Origin: the human T2T-CHM13v2.0 reference genome, Homo sapiens
Direction: 5' to 3' (one strand)
Assembly (NCBI RefSeq): GCF_009914755.1
Contig: NC_060947.1
Length of the DNA stretch: 64,000 bases
In this document: positions 1 through 14,810 of the stretch, one piece after another
Layout: the number at the start of each line of letters is the position of its first letter
Position numbering within the stretch: the stretch's first letter is position 1
Made by a program: the position numbers and the translations under genes
The notes under the pieces: model-generated
Seen by the model: the letters and a program-made list of their open reading frames with translations, nothing else
Told to the model about the DNA's origin: nothing
The model's database searches: none

Positions 1-706
1 AGCAAGCCTACTGTCCTTTAAAAATCACACAGCATCTACTCCTAACAGCAGAGATATCTAGGAGCCCACAACCATTTCCAAATAGAGTAAATAAAATGCC
101 TCTTTTGATTTATACCTATTAATATTTAATTAGTTTTACTATGCCTTCCCTATGCCTTTCTCCCACTGAGCTTTTGTCCTGGCACCCAGTTTCTCATATT
201 TTTATTATGCCAACCCTACTCTGACTCCTCTTTTGTCACCCTTGCTTGCAGACATCTCATAACCTGCTCTTGTGACCATATCTTTTCCAGAACTTGGCCT
301 TTATTTCTAATCCTAATTCTCTACCAATCTAGCACCTACGTAAAAAAGGTGCACACATCCTCAAGTGAAATAATGCCATATTTTGTTTTATCTATTTATT
401 TATTTATTTATTTTATTTTTCAAAACCCTAGAGGTTAATACTGATGCCTCAGGATCCAAACAGTGACTGGGGTAAGGAGTGGGAAAAGTAACTGAGGCCT
501 AGTTCATAGAGCTTTAGAGCATCCCTTTCAACTAGATCACCTCTACTTTTATTATATATACATATATATGTATAAAATTTATATATAATATGTATTTTTA
601 TATCTATTTAGCTTCTGGGCAAGTCTTTGGCAGAAGAATTCTTCAAAAAATGAAGTTTAAAAATACAAATGTTTGATGTGATATATGTGAAAAAAAAAAG
701 TATTAT

Positions 707-810
707 TTGGATTGAAATCCCAGTTTTCTCACTTATGGGTTGTGTGACTATGGGTAAGTCACTTAACTCTCCCTGTGCCTCAGTTTCATCAACTGTAACA
801 TACTATATAT
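707..810 (+). mobile_element. MIR SINE fragment
   Basis: MIR core: gtgtgactatgggtaagtcacttaactctccctgtgcctcagtttcatcaactgtaa. Confidence 0.8.
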
Positions 811-2043
811 AATGAAAAAGCAGAATCCAAAGGTAAGGGAATATTATTTTTCATTCCTCCTGAACTTTCTCATTCTAACTTCTCAGGTGGTTGTAACCTT
901 CAACAAACCACCTCTTCTCTGCTCATGCTAAATTTGGGGGCCAGCAGTCAAGGTTCTCTAAACTATGAAAAGCCCAAGTACCATTCTATGGCCTTTGGTA
1001 GTTGTGTGTGGCCCAAAGGAATCTTTGCATTGTTCAGGTTGTAATCATTCTATAACTGGAAGGTGCACCTCATCCATTTTTTCTTTAGGGCATGACTCAC
1101 AAGCAACTGGCAGCCAGGCCTCTATGAGTCCTCTGCTCGCACTGCTTAATTCTTGACAACTCATTGTGCCTCTAACATAAAAAGCATATTGTCCCAGGTG
1201 TCATCAATTTAGTATGTTTCAATTTGCCCATTCTGATCCCAGAGACGCTCTAGAGCCTTAATTCTTAACTGTTGAAAATTAATCTGACACTTTGTGCACT
1301 CTCAGATGGAGACAAATGGACCCTGAATAATTTAAAGGACATTTTCTCAAAACGTCCAGCAAAGTTAAAGGCTCCTGGTTTGTCATTGTTCTTATAACCT
1401 AAGCCAAACTGGCTAAATGACCAATATTAATGCTTTCATTCCTCTAAAAACAATGGCCCAGTAAACATACCAGGTGATCATAATATATTTGCTTATCAAA
1501 GTTGAATAACCATTTTGGGGAGCTTGTATCTTTGAATCTGCCTCTAGCTGGATTCCTGACACTGAAGAGTAAGAAGTGGTTTAGTTTGTTCTAGGATGTT
1601 TCAAATGTGCTCTAGTTAAAAAGAAGGCAGAACAAACACAGGAAGTAGACTAAATGAAGTCCAGGGATAATCCAGTGGTTACAGTGACATATGCTTGACT
1701 TTGTAATATTAGTGGAATTCCCAGTAACAGTTGTATTAATAGATTTCTTAAGCAACTGCAAATCATGAACCATAATAAAAATTGTTCAGACATATTTTCA
1801 ATAGATGGATCCTTTTAAAATATGGCTTATCCCTTAGAATATTCAGAGTTTCCCTCTGAAAGTGGGTTTTATTTTGCATATATAGAAGTATTGCCTTTTC
1901 TAAATCCAGCATCCTCCCAAATCAAGGCAACCCTACAGGAAATGGACATCCAATAGTCAAAGGGAGAATTGGGAGAGGCTGAAGGAAAAATAAAGATGGA
2001 TGGTATTCATCATATCAGTCTTTAATATTGGTAATTGCCATGA

Positions 2044-2290
2044 CCCAGTCCTGGATCCTCACCTTTTTCACTGTATACTCCTATCTAGCTTATCTCATTC
2101 AGCCTCATGGCTTTAAATACCATCTCTATACTTATGACTTTCAAATTTATAGCTCCAGCTTGATCTGAACTCCAGATTGTACTATGTAGCTTCTTACTGG
2201 ACATCCCAGCTTGGATGTCCCCAATTCACGTCCAAATCAGCACATCTAAACCTAACCTTGTTGTCTTCACCCATGCCTGCTCCTACCCGC
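2044..2290 (+). mobile_element. L2 LINE fragment (RT region)
   Basis: taccatctctatacttatgactttcaaatttatagctcc is a degenerate YHLYADDSQIYIS motif; followed by L2 'ggacatc...ggatgtcc'. Confidence 0.75.
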
Positions 2291-2344
2291 TAGGTACCAA
2301 ACACTATTCTTGGTAATAGAAAATTTAACTGTGAACATATTTCT

Positions 2345-3025
2345 GGCTCCTGGCATCTACATTTTATTGGTGGGGAGTAATAATTTTTAAAAAGCAAATA
2401 AAGAAGTCTAATGAGTGTTTTATACATAAAATATAAAATAAAGTATATTGAAACAAAGTGAACCAAGGAGATAGAGAGTGATGGGGAGGATACTGTGTTT
2501 GATAGGGTGATGGAAGAAAGTCTCTCTGAGAAAACACTAATTAAGAAAAAAACTGAACAAAAAGAAAGAATAAACCATGTATCTGGGAGAAGAATATTTC
2601 ACGCAGTGAAAATAGCAAGTGCAAATACTCTGAGGTAGAAATACGTTTCGTGTATTTGAGGAAAAGCATAATGACTGGGGAGTAGTAGGTGAGAAGAAAA
2701 GTTTTAGGAAATGGGTTAGAGAGGTAGCCAGGAGCCAGATCATATACATACTTGTAGGCCATAGGAGAATTGGAATTTTGTTTCAAGTGTGATGAGAAGT
2801 CATTGTAAGGTTTTGAGCAGAGGAGTGACATAATCTGACTTAGGTTTTTAAAGGAGTTATTACCATTGTGATGAGAATAGACTGTAGAAGGCCAGAGTGG
2901 AAGCACAGAGATCAATCTCGGTGCTATTCCAACAGTCTAGGGGAAATGATGGACTAGAGTGATAGCAGTGGGTGTGGTAAAAAGTGGTTACATGCAGCTT
3001 ATGTTTTATAGGTAGTGCCAACTGG
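2345..3025 (-). mobile_element. L2 LINE fragment, antisense
   Basis: Antisense L2 signatures: gaaaggtctctctgag, ccagatcat...gtaggccat, ttgagcagaggagtgacataatctgactta. Confidence 0.75.
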
Positions 3026-3029
3026 ATTT

Positions 3030-3563
3030 GTCTATCTAAGGGAATGGCACCACTACCATCCATCCAATTTCAAGTCAGAAACCTAGAAGTCATTCTTGAC
3101 TCTTTTTTTAAAAAATTCAACCCTACAGCCAATCCATTGCTAGAGTCTATTGCTTCTCCCCACATAGAGAAGAACATTTCTGGTAGAAAGAGAAGAATGT
3201 GAACTGAAATAAAATGTTTAGTAGGATTGATTAGACCACAGACTATTTTCAAGGAAACTAATTAAGGTAATAGCATCCAGGATTGAATATCACCACATGG
3301 AATGACCTTGTCAAACTCCTCCCCCAACCTAAATTATCTTACCACATTTCATGTTACCACAGTTCCTTGTTATTTTCCCTCATAGCAGTCGTGGCAAATT
3401 TTGGATACATATTTATTCATTTGATTATTTATTTAATATCTGTCTGCCTCACTAGGCTGTATGCTTAGATGTGTGCAGGAAAAACGTCTTACTTATTTTT
3501 GTGTCTCTAGTGCCTAGCGCAGTGCCTGACTCATAGAAGGTACTCAGTGTGTGATGAATGAAT
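3030..3563 (+). mobile_element. L2 LINE 3' portion (gapped)
   Basis: aatggcaccac...cagaaacctagaagtcattcttgactc; 3' end gtgcctagcgcagtgcctgactcatag...tgaatgaat. Confidence 0.65.
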
Positions 3564-3885
3564 ACATGCATCAGTGAATATACATATAGGAAAGGCTATT
3601 ATAAAGAGAATTCTGATATAAAGAGAGGTCATTATTAAATACCTTAAAGCACTGACAAATAATGAGATTAGGCATAAGGAAAAAACTCCTGACCAAAATA
3701 TTCGGAAATTCTGGAATAAGTCTAAGAGTAATAGTATCTCATTTCTTACATTCATTATAGAATAGACTTCCAAGTACTGTATATAAAATAAGTTTGTTCC
3801 CACATAGACTAAATGGTCTTTAAATTCTCTTCTAGAATTGTAGGATTCTGAGAAGTATATCTGACAATTTACTAATCTTGGACGT

Positions 3886-4010
3886 ATTCATTGACCTATT
3901 GATTCAACAAAAATATTTTGAGTACCTACTCTGTGCTAGGCACTGGACCAGGCATTGTGGACTCAACATGTATTCTGTCTGTACTCTCAAGGGGACTGCA
4001 TTCTAGTAGG
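3886..4010 (-). mobile_element. L2 3' end
   Basis: attcaacaaaaatattttgagtacctactctgtgctaggcactg. Confidence 0.7.
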
Positions 4011-4111
4011 AGCATTCATTTGAGAGCTATGCATGGTATAAGTGGACATGATCTCTTGCCTCCAAGTCTAGGCCCCAAGTATGACATCTTAAAGACGGAC
4101 AGCCAGCAAAT

Positions 4112-4530
4112 TGTGTTATGTGTGTCAAGTTCCCATGAAAAACCGATATCAAGGTGATATTAACTGTCAAAAGATTTTATTATGGAAAACACCTATGAGA
4201 GAAAATGGAGAAGGGGCCAGTAAAAGCTAAAAGACCACAATTTAAATCTGACCCCTAGTTAAGTACAGTCCAGTAGATATGTCTTACACCTCTGAACACT
4301 CTGAAGATGATTTGACAAAGCTTTAGAGAGTCAGTCATCAGATGAATCTTGTGTCTCCCCAGGATGGACCTGCCTAAATTTCTCTGCTGCATTTAGCTCT
4401 GAGCAGCTTGTAGAGAGTGTGACTTTGGAACAAATGCTGTGCTTGATTCAGAGGACAACAACTGTTGCTCTTGGTCAATTATTCTTCTTGTAGTTGACGA
4501 GTCTTAAGGCTCATTCTCATGGCTGCCACA
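4112..4530 (-). mobile_element. ERVL solo LTR, LTR16A-like
   Basis: TG...CA termini; ends ctcattctcatggctgccaca (reverse complement of the LTR16A-type start tgtggcagcc). Confidence 0.6.
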
Positions 4531-4968
4531 GCCTGCTATGGAGTTACGATGACTTATGAAGGCTGCAAATACTTACTCGGAGCAAGTATTGTGAATAGTT
4601 TCCCAAGAAGTCTACTGTTATAGAAATAAACCAAAGAAATAGTTCAGCGTAAGAAATTGATTGCCAGGTTGCTAGTGAGAGAAACATGCAAAACTTAGCT
4701 CTCTTGGTTTATATGTTCACCTGATCTATGCAGATATGTGTACACAATTTAATTATCCTGATGTTTGTTTTTATTGACACTCTATAGGAAAGGTACTGCC
4801 TATTTTAGTGAGGGCACTGCCATAGCTATGGCTTGTTTGTAGCAGTTTCCCTTCAAGTGTGCCAATATTCAACCTTCCAAACCCCAATAGTCAATAAGCA
4901 GCTATTACTAAATCCATAGCAAAGGTTGTAAAAGAATGGGATGCTGTTTTGTTTTACTCCTTTCACTT

Positions 4969-5330
4969 TGTATCAATCTGGGTATGCTAGATTATGCTGT
5001 AGTGAGAAATAACTTGAAAAATTACATTGGCTTGAGTTGGCAGAAGTTTATTTCTCCTCATATATTTTGTTGGTTGGCTGGGGCTCTTCTCTATACCATC
5101 CTTATTCTGGGACCCAGGCTAATGGAATAACTACCATCTGTAATATTGCTGGTCATGATTGCAGAGGAAAAATAGCTTGTAACTGAGCATGTAGTAACTC
5201 TTAAGCTCTATTAGAAGTGTGTATCTCATCATCTTCATCCAAACACATCTAATGCCCCAAACCTCACTTCAAAAGTGTGGAAAGTATTATTTTTCCACAG
5301 GATGAGGATTCACATGTTAGGAAACACTAA
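4969..5330 (-). mobile_element. MaLR solo LTR, MLT1K/L-like
   Basis: gctagattatgctgtagtgagaaataac...gtttatttctc...gggacccaggctaatgga. Confidence 0.65.
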
Positions 5331-5879
5331 TATAGGGAATGCAGTCTCATTCTGGACAGTCTGTATCCCTGGTACCTATAAAGGTACCTGCAACATAGTA
5401 TGTGCTCAATCAAGATTTGTTGAATGAATGAATAGAATTTAAAACTGAAACGCTAAGACCCTTCAAGTCCCAGCCTTCTCCTTATTGTGTCTCTTATCAC
5501 AGGGGACACCCAGTCGAATAAGTACGAAGGGACTGAAGTATAAAAAGCTTACAGGCTGGATTGGGAGGAAATGGTCAGGGTGCCTGGTAAGTCATGGGCA
5601 GGAAACCCTTTTCATGAGTTCAGCAATAAGGGAAGCAATTTCTTTGTACATGAAGGTGATAGTTTCTAGGCTTAACTCAAAAAGTACCTTTCAAGTCAGT
5701 GGATGTTTATGAAAAGCCAACTTTGTGGCAAACAACTAAGGATTACAATGAAGAGAACAGAGGATCTAGAAGTATTATAAGACAATAGATTTTGTCCTTG
5801 GAAAGTTTATAGTCTGATTGGAAAGACAAAGCATATACAATAAAAACAATTAGAATAAACACTACATAATACAAAATAT

Positions 5880-6080
5880 TGACTTGGAACCAGATCAATC
5901 TGGATTTGAGTCCTGCATAGACCATTTTGTTTTGTATGACCTTGGGCATGTGTATTAACCTTTCTGAGCTTCATTTGACTCATCTGTTCAATGGGGGTAA
6001 TAATAGAACCTTATGTCACCTGGTTGTTGTGTATATTAAATGAGATAATGTATGTCACAAGCCTAGCACATAGTAGGCAA
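5880..6080 (+). mobile_element. MIR SINE
   Basis: tgaccttgggca...ctttctgagcttca...attaaatgagataatgtatg...gcctagcacatagtagg. Confidence 0.8.
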
Positions 6081-6083
6081 GAA

Positions 6084-6411
6084 ATAATAGCTAATATTTA
6101 CGGAACACTCACCATGTGACTGGGCTACTTTACGTACTATGTGCATGTGTGTACGTGTGTGTATAATATATGTGTGTGTGTGTGTGTGTGTATAAAATAC
6201 ACATACATACACATAGTCTTTTCATCTTTACCACAACCCTTTGAGGTAAGTGAGGTAGGTACTGTTATTATCTTCATTTTGTAGATGATAAAGCTAAGGC
6301 ACAGAGCGATTATGTAGCTTGCCAAGGTATACAGAGAGTAAGTGAGAGCTGACATTTGAACTCAAGCAGCTTGACCCTAGCAGCTGTACTCTTAATCACA
6401 ATGCTGCACTG
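6084..6411 (-). mobile_element. MIR SINE interrupted by (TG)n/(CA)n
   Basis: cattttgtagatgataaagctaaggcacagag...cttgccaaggt...atttgaactcaagcag; microsatellite at ~6137-6215. Confidence 0.8.
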
Positions 6412-6959
6412 TGAGCAAGGGTGGGACATGTGCAGACAACATGAAGTAGCCAAGACTACATATGGCCTGAGTGTGTATGTCAGAGAGCATCAGGCTATAG
6501 AGCTGCTCAAGGAAAGTTTGTAGAGTTTTAGAAATAGATAAACGGTGATTATTGAAATTATTGTCTGGAATGCAGTAGAGACTAAAAAAGGTAGCTGTTG
6601 ATCATTGGAATGACTAACTAGAAGATGATTTGAAAGTATTTATAAACCGGGGCTATATTTCCTGATAGCCATGAGAAGGTTTCTTCGTCTTCAGAGAAGG
6701 AAGCCATCAGCACAGGGTGAAATAATGATGGAAGGCTTTATAAAGGAGAGAGAATCTGAAGATTTATGTTTTTAAATTTAAAAAACGAGGAAAGGCATGA
6801 CATGTAGAGAAGTCATGATGGACAGTGACAGACGGTCTTGACCAAAAAGGGAGGATCATCCTGGGGAGTCATGGGACAAGCTGTTAGCATGGCAATAAAA
6901 TCAGGACAGTAGTAATGCTAATGCTTTTCATGTATATTGCATATTCCCACTTGTACTGT

Positions 6960-7190
6960 TCAGTATTGTGTGATAGAAAGAGTACTAGACTGAGAGAGTC
7001 TGTGGACCCAGGTTCATAAGCTACTGCTATAACATACTAACTAGCTCAATAAGCTTAGACACATAGCTGACCATTTCTCAATTTCCTGTTGATAATTTGA
7101 GTATAGTAATATAATATTTAGCACAGAGTTGTTTTAGCAATTAATTGAGACAATAGCTATGAAAATAGTGAAACCACTCCACAAATGTTT
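6960..7190 (+). mobile_element. MIR SINE (diverged)
   Basis: tgtgatagaaagagtactagactgagagagtc...gacccaggttc; aattaattgagacaatag. Confidence 0.55.
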
Positions 7191-7760
7191 GTTCTTTTCT
7201 TCTACATCTCATTGGATCCCATCTATGAAGTACATTGTGAAAACTTCATTATTGAACCTTGTTTTTTGGGAGAAGGAAGCTGAGATTCAGAGAAACTGAG
7301 GTTTAGAGAAACCAAGTGATTTGCCCCTGAACTACATGGCTATTAAATGGGATATGGTCATTGCAATTTCCTATCTAAAATACATTCCCTTATTATTACG
7401 TTTCTAGTTAGACAGCTAGCGGATGGCAGGAGTTTGTGGGACTAGGACCCAAGATAGGAATACTTTGCATAAGGGAGAGGGAGGCAGGACCAGCTCTGAG
7501 TAGGTTATTGCCTGGCAGAAGGGAAGTAGAAAAGGGCCCTAAGTAGCCCAGAGGTAGGATGAGGTATTGGTGGGTGGAAGAGGTGTCCAAGTAGGGAGCA
7601 GGAAGCAGAAAGTGTGGGGACCACCACAGATCAACATTTCCTTCCTCTCAGTTTGTCTCAGACAAGTTTGTCCAGGATGAGTGTTGGCTGTGTCTCTTAT
7701 AATATGCATTTTGCAAACAAGATGTGAGCCAAATTCATGAATATAGATATATGTATGTTT

Positions 7761-7762
<2 letters not shown>

Positions 7763-7797
<35 letters not shown>
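7763..7797. repeat. (CA)n microsatellite
   Basis: About 17 perfect AC units. Confidence 0.95.
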
Positions 7798-7799
<2 letters not shown>

Positions 7800-7908
7800 C
7801 ACACATTGATGGGGTGGTGGGGTGGAAAAGAGAAGAAATAATAGTGATGTTTGGAATTGTTTTCAACAGAAACATTGACATGTAAAACCGGGGTTCATAG
7901 GTTCATAG

Positions 7909-8282
<374 letters not shown>

Positions 8283-10421
8283 AGACACCCTCTAGTTCTA
8301 CCAACCATCTCCCCCTTCCTTCCCTCCTCCCTTCTCTCCTAAGAGCAGGATTGCCTCCTCCTGCTACTTCTCCTACACTCACTAGTTGCAGCAGGGTGAT
8401 TTCTGGAGAAATTGAATTCATTAGGATTTTTATGGATAATTATAGTTGTAATATGCTTGGAGTCATTTTATTAAAGCAGTTATGAGGTAATTAATCTTGT
8501 CAATAACCTCTAGAGTGAATGTGCATTGTCTGTATTTTCCATGCTTTATACCTCTATTCAGGTCTCTGAAAATACCAAATGTGTTTGTCACTTCTGATGC
8601 TCCCACCTCCTTCAGAGCTGAAAACCAGACGGAAACTCAGACCAGAATTATTTTCTCACTTAAGGAAAAAGATCTAGGACAGAAGACCTTTAGTTGTGCT
8701 TTGCTTTTGTTTTGTTCCTTTCTCCTTATAAATGAAAAACTACCTGTGGTCCAGTATCTCCCCATAGACGCTTCTCATCAAATTAAGAGAACTGAGAGTG
8801 CTGCTGGATAATGACTAGCAAAGCAAGGACCTCTGAAGCCTCTTCCTCACATTGAATATCCATGTGCCTCCATTTCCCAGAACACCTGATAAGCAAAATT
8901 CTGAATATATTGTTCCACAATACTTGGGTGTTTAACATTACAATGATCAAAAGATGATTCCTTACCTAAAGATTTCCTTTAAATAGGCATTTAATATAGG
9001 ATCTGATTTGTAAAACCAATTAAATAAAAAATTCCATGTACTGAAATATTGGAAAATGCTAATTTGCATCAAGACCTAACTAAAACTCAGTACTTTTTTT
9101 CTTTTTGAACTGTGAACTAACCTAAAGATTTATCCCCTCAATGTGTAGAATACAATAGCTCAATCCAGTGTATGTGTGTATATACTGTTCAATAGGAAAA
9201 ATATGTATTATAAAAATAACATAAATACATATTTTTATATGTATATAATTTTTGAGAAAGATCATACTAGAAAATCACTGACTCTCTGACTCACTGACTT
9301 TTAGTCTCCAATTTACATCTAACTTCCCAAGAACATATCTACTGTGTAAAGCAGGCACCTTTGCTCTTCCTACTGTGCTTCTGAAAGCTTCCATCCAAAA
9401 AATTGCTAATAGCAACACAGACAGCCTATGGAGAATCAAAAGACCAACCAATCTGGACCTCAGGCAGCTCTTTGATCTTCTTCTTATGATTCTTGTTTTC
9501 TCTTTGTAACTCAAAGGTGATGCCAGGGATGGCCATTATTCCCCATGTAGGCAAAATGACTGAAGAGATAGATGTGACAAGCTGTCCCCTTTGTTAGCAG
9601 TACTTTCATCTTCCTTCCCATGGCTGGCTAAGTCAGAGAAGGTCTCTATTAAGGACCTCCATCTATAGACACACATGTAATTCTGAAAACACTCATTCCA
9701 TTAATAGACACATATTCCTTGTCTTCTCCATTTTTCTTTTGTATTATTTTTGCCCTTTAGCTGCCAACTTTGTATAACACAGTATTCACTATTCATTCAG
9801 ATTTTGTAATGAATCATATACTTCCAGTGAGATTTCTGGAGTGATATAATTATCTGCCAATATTATCTGAATAGTATCTGCTGAAAACTTCGATAGTCTT
9901 AATCTATAAGAATGGGGTAACAGTTTTCCATGCAGTCATCTAAACAGCAGGATGTCTGGTGGAATTGACTACCTTGGGGAAGATCAAAGGGAGTTGGGAT
10001 GGTTCTTAGTTAAAAGTAATTTCCTTTCTGGCACTAAGAGAAATCAAATTAATTAAAAGTACAATGGCTTCTAATCTATAATATTTCCTGGCCACAAAAC
10101 TGTTGCTAAGGTTGCATTGTTCATAAGACATCTTCCAAATTTTTAGGCTTAGAAATAGTACCTACAGGAAAGCCAGTGGTTATTCAAAATATTAGACTCT
10201 GTGCTAAAATGTAACTTGGCAAAATTCCCTACCTCTACCAGCTTGAGCAGTTTGAGAGTTTTCATGTTCCAAAGTAGGTTTCCATGCATCCTGCTCAATT
10301 GGCTACTGTCAATTGAGAGGTATGAAATAGCAAGTGCTCATACTCAGAAAACCTCACTAGTTTGTAAATAAACCAGTGTTTATTTAAATAAGCTGTTCTT
10401 TATAAATAAAACCTGTCTAGA

Positions 10422-10559
10422 AGAGGTCTTCCATTTTGGAGAGGTCTGTGAGCACTTTGGGAATCAGATGAAAAACATTGATTCTCTTCCCCAAAGAAAC
10501 ACCTGTGTGCACATATTTTGTAGATAATTATGGGAAATACATTGATCTTATAAACTCTG
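10422..10559. mobile_element. hAT-Charlie-type MITE remnant
   Basis: Flanked by gtctagaa / gtctagat (NTCTAGAN-type 8-bp hAT target site); internal gaatcagatgaaaaac...tctcttcccca. Confidence 0.4.
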
Positions 10560-10701
10560 GTCTAGATGAATTTTGTACTAATTGCTGAGTGCTTAAGCCT
10601 CAACAGCCTTGGGATCCACAACATAGGCAGAGATTTGGCAGATGAGAATAGTGGATCAAATGTTTTCAGTGTGTCCTAGGATTACTCAAAATATCAACCA
10701 A

Positions 10702-11032
<331 letters not shown>

Positions 11033-12921
11033 TTAATCCCTCAAAACTACTTTTCATATCTGCTATGTAGTTTGGCATCTCGCATCTACTTTTAACCCCA
11101 ATACTTTGAATCAGCCTTAATCTTCTGGGAATTTATAACATGTTCTTTGAAATTTTCTTGGTGTTTTTTAGATGGCCAACTTCCTAAGAAGTTCATTTCA
11201 TTAGCACTTAGCAAGCTCAATACCTGATCTGACCATTGAATGATAGATGACCTCTTTTTAATAATAGATGACCTCATGTGTACATTCTAAGAGACTCACC
11301 ATAGTGTACCAGCCAACAATAGTGAAGACCAGTCTCTGACTGAGCAGACTCTGGTTTGACTACAATAATCAAATATTGCTACAAATGCATTTTCTTGTAA
11401 TTCAACTTTAAAACACAATTTCTTTTTGTCATCAAACAATGCCTCCCAAAGATTAGGACATTTGAATCATAGCATGTCCATGAGTTTCTCTATAGAAGGC
11501 TTTTTGGAGGCAACACAGCAGCTACTTGTTCCTTGTGGATAACTTTATTGCTTCTAAGTGTATCCAAAATGATTTTGGCCACTCAGAGACCTTGAATTAA
11601 ATGTCTTCGGGTAAGAGCTGGTATTTTTTTTATCTCCCTTCTCATAGTCTTCCACCACTGAGACCTTCTGCTCCTCATTTGATGCTGTTGTCTTCTCCAT
11701 CCTACTAACATCTCCTTATCTCCCTGGCTTCTAGGGCAGTATGCTTTTTGGTCCTGCTCAAGAGGTTCCTTTTACCACTCCCACTTGAAGTATAGAAATC
11801 TGCTTCTCTTCTCTTCATTTGTTGCCTTCAAGTGGTTTCAGTGAGCACTTTTCCTCAAAGGGTCATTCCAAGTGCATCACTTACCCTCACTGCAGGTGCC
11901 TGCCTGCCAGCACAAATCAGGAGCCATGGGGACAGCCCACACATGAGATCTGCTGGTAGCCCACACAAGGGCCATCCCGCTTCTACTTATGTCCTTCTGC
12001 AACTCCAAGCCTCAGAGATAAATTCAGTGCTATGAGCCTTCCGGGGCATTATGACCAATCATTTTCAACTGTAGCTGATGGGAGGGATCCCAGAAAAAGC
12101 GAGCTTAATGGGTCTATTTCCATTCCTGCCTTCATCATCTATAACTCCAATTTCATCAAGCACTCTGAGTACAGCTCATTAAGTTTGCATTTCTCTTTTT
12201 TTCTCTGTCGAAATTACTGTGCAGTTTGCACAGAGTGTTTTTATATTGAAATGCCTAAAGATTGTACCCAAATGTCTCAGTTCCAAAGTCAGGTAAGTGA
12301 CAATAATCAGCTGTATTTTATATTGTTGAAATACATTGCTGAAAAATATTGCTGAAATATATTCATTTATACTAAAATGAACTCTCTGCCTATTTCCTCG
12401 TTTGTCCTCTACCACACTGCAGAGAGGGGATAGGATGAAAAATGCTTTTCCTCCAGAGAAGCTGAGGCTCTGAGGGGACCACTGCCAGGGCCTGCCTCAG
12501 AGGACATAAGACCATTTGTCACTGCCACTGATCCTTCCTTCCTCTCTATCCAACCTCATCTCTCATCATTTCTCTTATGCATCCCAAAACTCCAGCAGAG
12601 TCAAAGGACCTGAAGTTCACCAACCCTGTTATTCTCTGAGTTGCCTTAATACCTTAGTTCTTACTGTTGGCCCATTTCTCCTTTACCTGACTAATTAATG
12701 TGGGTTTTCAAAGACTTGGCTCTAACTGTGGTTCTATTCTAGAATTCCTGAACGTGTTCCAGGAGTTATGGCAGAATCAAATAAGTTCCTTTTAGCTACA
12801 TTACACCCTGTATTTTGTTCCCCACTAATTCATAGAGATACTGTGACTTCCTACACCCACACACATCCCTCCACCAAACCCCATACTGAGCAGTTGGTCT
12901 CAGTATGACCTCAGAGAATAA

Positions 12922-13303
<382 letters not shown>

Positions 13304-13517
13304 GAGAATCCCTTTTCTTTGCCATCTCTTTCTTGGCCTTTTCTCTCCCTAAGTTATTCTTAGGTCAAAAAGATAGGATTCAGGTGAAGTGGAAGGACAG
13401 ATTTTGTCCATCTTTTTCCCTTTTCCTAATTCAGTGCTGACTGCCTTTCCCTGCCTTCCAGGGAGCTCTGTCTCATCTGTCATAATGTTTTGGAAGAGAA
13501 GGAATGTCCTCCATGCC

Positions 13518-13598
13518 TTAGAGGTTCAACCTGTTTCTACCTCCCCAGTGTTACAAATTAAGGCTCTTCTTAGAATCCCTTATCGTGGGAGCAACTTA
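13518..13598 (+). repeat. Dispersed direct repeat, copy 1
   Basis: ttagaggttcaacctg...tgttacaaatta...agaatcccttatcgtgggagcaactta aligns end to end with 14811-14894. Confidence 0.85.
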
Positions 13599-13645
13599 AC
13601 TACCCCCAATTTCAATCTTTCTTCAGTCCCAAGTGGTTTTAATGG

Positions 13646-14039
13646 TGTATTCTCACACTGCTATGAAGAAATACCTGAAACTGGGTAATTTATAAAGAAA
13701 AGAGGTTTAACTGGCTCATGGTTCTGCAAGCTGTACAGGAAACATGACTGGGGAGGCCTCAGGGGACTTACAATAATGGCAGAAGGCGAAGAGGAAGCAG
13801 GCGCGTCCTACACAGCTGGAGCAGCAGGAAGAGAGCAAAGGGGAAGGTGCTACACACTTTTAAACAACCAGATCTTATGAGAACTCTATTACGAGACGGC
13901 ACTAGGGGAATGGTGATGGTGCTGAACCACGAAAAACCATCCTCATGATCCAATCACCTCCCACCAGGCCCCACCTCCAACACTCAGAATCACAATTCAG
14001 CATGAGATTTGGGTGGGGGCACAAAGCCAAACCATATCA
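13646..14039 (-). mobile_element. MSTA-type MaLR solo LTR
   Basis: tgtatt...ctgggtaatttataaagaaaagaggtttaa...aaaccatatca; 5-bp TSD aatgg/aatga. Confidence 0.88.
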
Positions 14040-14439
14040 AATGATTCCCTCCTTTACATGCCTACAAGCCTGACACACAGGCCATTGTAGTGACTGATTT
14101 CTAGGTCTGTCCCCCCAACAAACAGTGGCTCTCAACCGCTTTCTTAAAGTGCAACACTTATGTTCACTTATACTAGATTTTTCATAGGCCTACTCAGCTT
14201 AGAGGTACGTCATAGAAAAGATGTTCTGGAACACTCCTATTGGGTCAGTACAAGCTATAACTTTGTCTCTTCTCATACATGACACTTGTCTGAGAGCTGC
14301 TTGACTAGACTCTGGGTTTCTTGAGGACAGGGTCTAAGACTTAATCATGTCTGTATACAAAGTGCATGAAACTGAATAGGTGCCTAGAAACATGCTTATT
14401 GGTTGGTTGATTGGCTGGCTGGTTGGGTAGATGGGATAA

Positions 14440-14745
14440 CATAGTGGAGCGATTCAGAATCAGAGCGTCTGGATCCCAGCTTTGCCATTTACTTTCGGTT
14501 CGACTTTAGGCAAATTATCTCACCTATCTGGGCATGAGTTTCCCCAAACATTAAGCAATATATAATATTGTATCCACCTCAGAGTACTTTCTGTTTGTTT
14601 TAGCTTATATTTATTGTCTACTATGTGATAGACACTGTTCACACTGCTTTACATAGATTAACTCACTTAATCCTCCAGATGAAATTGAATAAAGTGTGTG
14701 TTTTGTCTAGCATATAGCAAATACTCATAAACATTAGTTATTACG
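14440..14745. mobile_element. MIR fragments in both orientations
   Basis: Plus-strand core (atcccagctttgccatttact...ggcaaattatctcacct) and minus-strand tail (atttattgtctactatgtg...actcacttaatcctc). Confidence 0.6.
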
Positions 14746-14810
14746 AAAGAAAGAGAGACTACCTGGGCATAGCTATGAAATTCTGCCTCTAAACTAGATC
14801 CTGAAGAGCT

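Noticed and set aside
2199-2220. 8-bp stem hairpin ggacatcc...ggatgtcc
   Set aside because: An inherent feature of the L2 sequence it sits in.
9275-9600. Possible exon or pseudogene fragment on the minus strand
   Set aside because: The frames I translated match no protein I recognise, and the splice signals are weak.
11243-11275. Direct repeat atagatgacctc x2 as a nuclear-receptor element
   Set aside because: The TGACCT half-sites are 15 bp apart, not a standard DR0-5 spacing; more likely a small local duplication.
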